Shown one piece after another: positions 58,440-64,000 of a stretch of 64,000 nt of DNA (position 1 is its first letter; every line of letters begins with the position of its first letter). The position numbers were made by a program, and so were the translations under genes. The stretch is taken from positions 353,338,001 to 353,402,000 of the forward strand of contig OZ024741.1 of assembly GCA_964016885.1 (NCBI GenBank), in the 5' to 3' direction. The notes under the pieces were generated by a model. That model was given only the letters and a program-made list of their open reading frames with translations, was not told where the DNA came from and did not search any database. The DNA is from Eledone cirrhosa (lineage: Eukaryota).

Positions 58440-59520
58440 ATAACACATAGAACTGATTCACTCTCCCCAAATTCCTCTTCATGCTACGCGATACGCCTTG
58501 CCACCCTCTAGCAGATCGACCCCTAGATGCCACTATCTAATGCTGTGCCGGATGTTTGCTTTGACAGCGCCAGCTGACAACCGGCGAAAAGCCTGTGAGA
58601 TTCAGCGGCTTCAGCCTCTGATCCACCCTTGATTTGGTACTGCCGGCCTATCTCTCTTCAATCTATTCCAGCGACACCCTCATCAATGGTATTATCTACA
58701 CGACTACAGGACCCGACGTGGCCCGAGACCTGGAGTCAGCTCTGGCTGATTGGACCGAAGTAGGCCTTGTTATCCCCAGTTAACCGATGTCCATTGTAAC
58801 TCGGACGGTGTCAAATGCAAGTCCACCTACAGGCGGCTCGAGTCTTCCTTGGACCAACATTGTCTCGCCTGCCTATGCTCCGTTTGGCAACCAAACAGTG
58901 GCGCTTGTCTCAATTCGGTGGAGTAGTTGTTATTGAGTTCGGTCTGCACTCGCTTTGTTGCCGCCTTAATGAAGGCTGGCTCCCACGACATGCCGCTCTG
59001 ATGACATCATGAGAAGGAGCTTCAACGCAGCCCGTTTCTCGTCACAATTGGAGCCGGCTGGCTTCGACCATGGCAAGGGCAAGTGCCCCGACGAATTAAC
59101 TCTCTTCCCTTTCGAGGGAGAAAATCCCTAATTGGGGACGCGAGGTGCTGCGACTCGTACTTCGCCTCCAGCCTTATCACTTCGTCCACAAACACGGGCT
59201 CTGCTTCCCGCAATGCAGAGGAGAGCAAGGTCAATAAACACCGTGGCCTGACCAACCGCTTTCTCTTTGTACCGGTTTCCGTCGAGACCTCTAGTTTCAT
59301 TAGTCACCGCACTACTGAGGTGGGGTGGCTGTTGTACCGGGTGTCTCTGGCCACTCTCCATGTTAACGCCTTTGCCATTTTGTTGGTGAAGCGCGGCTGA
59401 GGCATCGCTCATAAAGGGGTATAGTGTCTGCCCCTACCCATCTCATTTTCTCTTGTTGCTTGATCCTTTTTCTTTTTCTTCTTTTTCTTCTTTTTCATTT
59501 ATTTTTTTTTATTTTTTGTT
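58440..59520 (+). mobile_element. CRE-like (restriction-like endonuclease) non-LTR retrotransposon 3' part with T-rich tail
   Basis: GLHSLCCR..PRHAAL, GRKSLIGDARCCD, AEESK..K, FVPVSVET and RVSLA..NAFAIL resemble the CRE C-terminus. Confidence 0.7.
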
Positions 59521-59979
59521 CCTTTAAAAAACCGGCGTGGATTTAATCGTCTTTCCTCTCCCTCTCAAAATTGTTGGCCTTGTGCCTAAATTCGAAACCA
59601 TTTGTACTATAATCCTTATTACTTGCTAAACACTTATAAATAATACAGTGCTCCCACTGTTTATAGTAGTGTGCTGCAACCACTAATGATATCCATTCAT
59701 AGCTAGGTTAATTTGATCTGGGAGAGAGAGGAATATCTGAACAATGGATTGGCAGGGGGACAGCGGTACGAGACGAACTATAGATCCCTTACTGAACAGG
59801 TAGACATCATTTCGATTTGAATCTTCACAACTGTCAAATGAAATATTCATAATGAAAGAAATAGTGCCGTATAGGGAGCAAAGAAGTTATTTTAATTGTT
59901 AGAAGTTTAAAAGATATTTGTGAGAATCTGTTGAAATATTTTAGGTTACTGAATTTAGTATTATATAGAGTATGTATGT

Positions 59980-60290
59980 GAAAGCGCATGGCTTAGTGGT
60001 TAGAGCATTAGGCTTGCATTCGGGAGGTTGTGAATGCGATTCTCGGGCCAGGTGATGCGTTGTGTATTTGAGCAAGACCCTTTACTTCGCGTAGAAATGA
60101 GTTGTGACATCAATGGTGCCAAGGAGTATCGACGTTTGCGTTTCCCTTGGACTTCATCCGCGGCGTGGAACGGGGAGACTGGCATGTATGGGTGACTATT
60201 GATCTCCCACAAACAACCTTGTCCGGACTTGTGCCTCTAGGTAAAAATCCTACTATCATTTGTGATCGAAGCGGGGTTTTTACCCTTTAC
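59980..60290 (+). mobile_element. SINE family B variant
   Basis: Head GCGCATGGCTTAGTGGTTAG..CGATTCTCGG..GCGTTGTGTATTTGAGCAAGAC. Confidence 0.75.
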
Positions 60291-60538
60291 TCTAGAGTAT
60301 GTATGTAAAAGTATGTATAAAATTAAATAAAACACTAAAGGAATTATGATTAACATTTAACCAGTTATATATATTATACAAGATGGCTGCCCCCTCGTTA
60401 TCGAATATGGCCATTGTACGATATACCATTATTAATAATTATTAATTAATTCTATCGCACAATGCCTGTGCGTGAAGATATTTTTTTTATACAAACAAGC
60501 ATACATACAAACATATATACATACAAACATATATACAA

Positions 60539-60598
<60 letters not shown>

Positions 60599-60679
60599 TA
60601 GCTTCGAGTCGATGGATGTCTTACAAGTGAAATTAATTATACAAAAAATATTTGGAAGCCCATCTGAAAAACTCTACTC

Positions 60680-60848
60680 CTAATTGAAACGGCCAGCTTT
60701 GTGAAACACTGTACTATGCTGAATCTCCCCGAGAATTAGGTTAATGTTACACATTTCTAGGGAATGCACGGCCATCTGCACGTTAATTTCACGAGCAGGT
60801 AGTTAATCAAACAACTGTAACAGTCATCGTCGAAAGCGACGGAGGCCT

Positions 60849-60850
<2 letters not shown>
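60680..60850 (+). mobile_element. SINE-B 3' fragment
   Basis: GCTGAATCTCCC..TGCACGTTAATTTCACGAGCAGG, reverse complement of the 15225-15495 body. Confidence 0.65.
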
Positions 60851-60894
<44 letters not shown>

Positions 60895-60961
60895 TTAAGA
60901 GTTAAACAAGGTTCAATGAATCTTAACCATATACTATGTCAGGGTATGTCATGTATCATTT

Positions 60962-61028
60962 TATTTTATCTGATGAGGACGTACTGTTGAACTTACCTCA
61001 GTACCTCTTAAATATGTATAATAAAATA
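60962..61028 (+). ncRNA. Hammerhead-like motif (GAAA mutated to TAAA) in a TA-flanked cassette
   Basis: TATTTTAT-CTGATGA-GGACGTACTG..CAGTACCTCT-TAAA-TATGTA-TA-ATAAAATA. Confidence 0.65.
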
Positions 61029-61184
61029 TAATTGACCACAAGAATATCTATTTTGTTAATATTTTGAATTAATATATATATATATATATATACATACATA
61101 CATACATACATACATACATACATACATACATACATACATACATACATACATGTATGTATGTATGTATGTATGTATGTATGTATG

Positions 61185-61231
<47 letters not shown>

Positions 61232-61586
61232 ATGTATATGTGTATGTATGTATATCGTAAATATGTATAATCCTAACAGCTGGGCTCGCCGGCGAGAACC
61301 ATACCTATACACAGTCAAGTACTAACATGAATCGTGGCACCGTAGACACTCCACATATTTATACATATACATGTACAAATGTATATATATATACACACAT
61401 ATACATGTACAAATGTATATATATATACACACACAAACATACATATGTGTGTCTGTGTGTGTATGTGCGTGTGTGTGTGTGTGTGTGTGTTTAGTAGCAC
61501 TGACATAGAATGATTCATAATCAAGATACATATGAAAACATTTACGATACATTTATATGAATATTTAAAAATATGGTCATGTCATG

Positions 61587-61670
<84 letters not shown>

Positions 61671-61685
61671 ATATACATATACAAA

Positions 61686-61757
<72 letters not shown>

Positions 61758-61951
61758 TGTGTGTATTTGTGCCTGTGTGTGTGTGTGTGCGTATAAGTAT
61801 TTTAAGTGGCACTAACATAGGGTGATTCATAATCGAGGTGCACAGGAAGATATATAGGATATATTTATGTATAATAAACACATAAGTCTGGCTATGAATG
61901 TTTTACGGTGTGCTCATACTACTGTTATCTCAGTAGACGTGTGAGAACACC

Positions 61952-61993
61952 AGAGACAAGTGTTTCAGGATTTTTTAATCCATCATCAGTGAA
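61952..61993 (-). ncRNA. Hammerhead-like motif with weak stem I
   Basis: CTGATGA-TGGATTAAAAAATCCT-GAAA-CACTTG-TC. Confidence 0.55.
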
Positions 61994-62708
61994 ATTTACT
62001 CACTCAATACTGAATGAATAAGCTATGCATCATATACTTTATGTGTATAAAACATCTGGTGGAGAAATTCATATACATACATATATATACACACATACAA
62101 ACACACACACGCAATCACACCCACATATATATATGTGTATGTATGTATGTATATTTATATATACATATATATATATATATATATAAATATATATGTATAA
62201 ATATATATATATATATGTGTATATATACATATATATATTTATGTATATATACATACGCGCACACACATACACAGAAACACACACATACACACACATTCAC
62301 ACATATATATATTCATATATATATGTATTTGTATATATATATATATATATACATACATACCTACATACATACATACATGTATTGACTACACTACACACGT
62401 ATCGAATTTTTGAAAGGGAGAAAACAAAGTCCATTATATCGACCCTAGAAAATTATTGAAAAGATATTTTATCGATCCAGAAGGTATGAAATGAAAAAAA
62501 AAATCGATTCCTGTATCATTTGAACTCCGATAGATGAAACTACATATTGCAAACCTCTATACTACTGTTTCTGTCGATAGAAGATCTTCGATATATCTCG
62601 CTATTCTGGTGTCTTTGGACTAATTCTAAATCCATTTTTTTCTTTTTTTTGTGGCAGAGACTATTATAGAGAAAGTCGGATATAACATATCGATGGTTAT
62701 TATTTTAG

Positions 62709-63030
62709 GGTTTCATCCTTACGGGGTCGATAAAATAACGTACCAGTAATGCACTGGGTGATTGCTGGCCTTGTGCCAAAAGTAGAAACAATTATTTTAG
62801 GGTTTCCAAGGATTGGCAGTATCGGTAGAGAGTCGTCGGACACCATGCCTCACAGCATAGAGTTACGGCCCTTTACGGTCTGAGTTCAAATCCCGCCGAG
62901 GTTAACTTTGCCTCTCATCCTTACCGGGTCGATAAAATAAAGCACCAGCAACGTACTGGGGTCGATTTAATCGACTTTCCCTTCCCCCAAATTACTGGCC
63001 TTGTGCCTATATTAGAAATCATTAATTTAG
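62709..63030 (+). mobile_element. Two adjacent SINE-A copies
   Basis: SINE motifs; ATTTTAGGGTTTC-like junction repeated three times. Confidence 0.85.
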
Positions 63031-63127
63031 GGTTTCCAGAACGTAGAGCCGGTGCAATTTGAACCAAGAATATTGAGCGATAAAAAAAAATATAACACAC
63101 ACAGAACACTGATCCACACACACACAC

Positions 63128-63195
<68 letters not shown>

Positions 63196-63259
63196 CGCGA
63201 GTGAAATCGAGTTTACCACATTTATAAGGATACTCAATACATTAGTAGAGTGTAAACAA

Positions 63260-63306
63260 TATTCTGATGATTTCATACGAATGAAACAGATCTAGTCATG
63301 TAGAAG
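63260..63306 (+). ncRNA. Hammerhead-like motif, family of 43578-43624
   Basis: CTGATGA-TTTCATACGAAT-GAAA-CAGATCTAGTCATG-TA-GAAG. Confidence 0.6.
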
Positions 63307-63745
63307 CCATTTCTACATTAAATAATGATATATATTGTGTGTGTATGTATGAATATATGTAAATATGTATATATATATACAGATAAGTGATTTGCATTAA
63401 CGTATGTGTCAAGACATTGCCCTCAGTATCTATATATATTTGTGTGTGTATGTGTATTGATTTCCGACTTGAGCATAAAGCCAATAAATTATAGAATATA
63501 TAGTCGATTAAATTGACCTTAGTACAGATATGCTATCCTGTTTGTTTATTATATTGTTGGTCCTGGGAGATGAAAGGCAAAGACAACCATAAAAGATATG
63601 AACTCCAAACGTAGAGAGTTGAATCTAAACATTTTACAGTATATAGTGAGATCCTAGAGCACTAACTCTCTATTGGACACGACACATAAACACGTGTGTA
63701 TATAGCGCACACATGATCCTTCCCATTCTGTAAAAGTGGCACGAT

Positions 63746-63805
<60 letters not shown>

Positions 63806-64000
63806 AGAGAGAGGGGGGGAGCTATATGGGTGTTTGTATGTATGCATGTTTATAGAAGTGATCAAATAGATAGATAGATATTATACATAGAATGGTGTGG
63901 TTTGCAGGGAAAAGTTGCACCCATAGTCTTCTAAGAACCTATAAGCATATATATATATATTCAATATAGAAATGGCTTCTACAGGACTAGAAATGTTCCG

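Overview
AT-rich, repeat-saturated animal DNA, probably from an octopus or other coleoid cephalopod (inferred from the SINE families and microsatellite load). No intact host protein-coding gene is recognisable, and nearly all listed ORFs are read-throughs of (TA)n, (CA)n, (TAC)n or (CATA)n microsatellites. The window contains a 37-bp satellite (1-1879), kb-scale (TA)n arrays, two tRNA-derived SINE families and several MITEs. It also contains decayed RTE, CR1-like, R4/Dong-like, CRE-like and Vingi-like LINEs and two decayed Penelope-like element (PLE) coding remnants. The main hidden signal is about 18 complete or degenerate hammerhead-ribozyme (HHR) motifs, read by eye, from several families with different stems. 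Most lie in short non-coding cassettes in or beside (TA)n tracts. Seven loci are head-to-head fold-backs with constant polarity: minus-strand copy on the left, plus-strand copy on the right, 3' tails pointing out towards the TA repeats. One HHR lies directly downstream of a PLE RT/GIY-YIG remnant, linking the ribozyme cassettes to PLEs. Coordinates of decayed elements are approximate, and nothing here was computed or searched.
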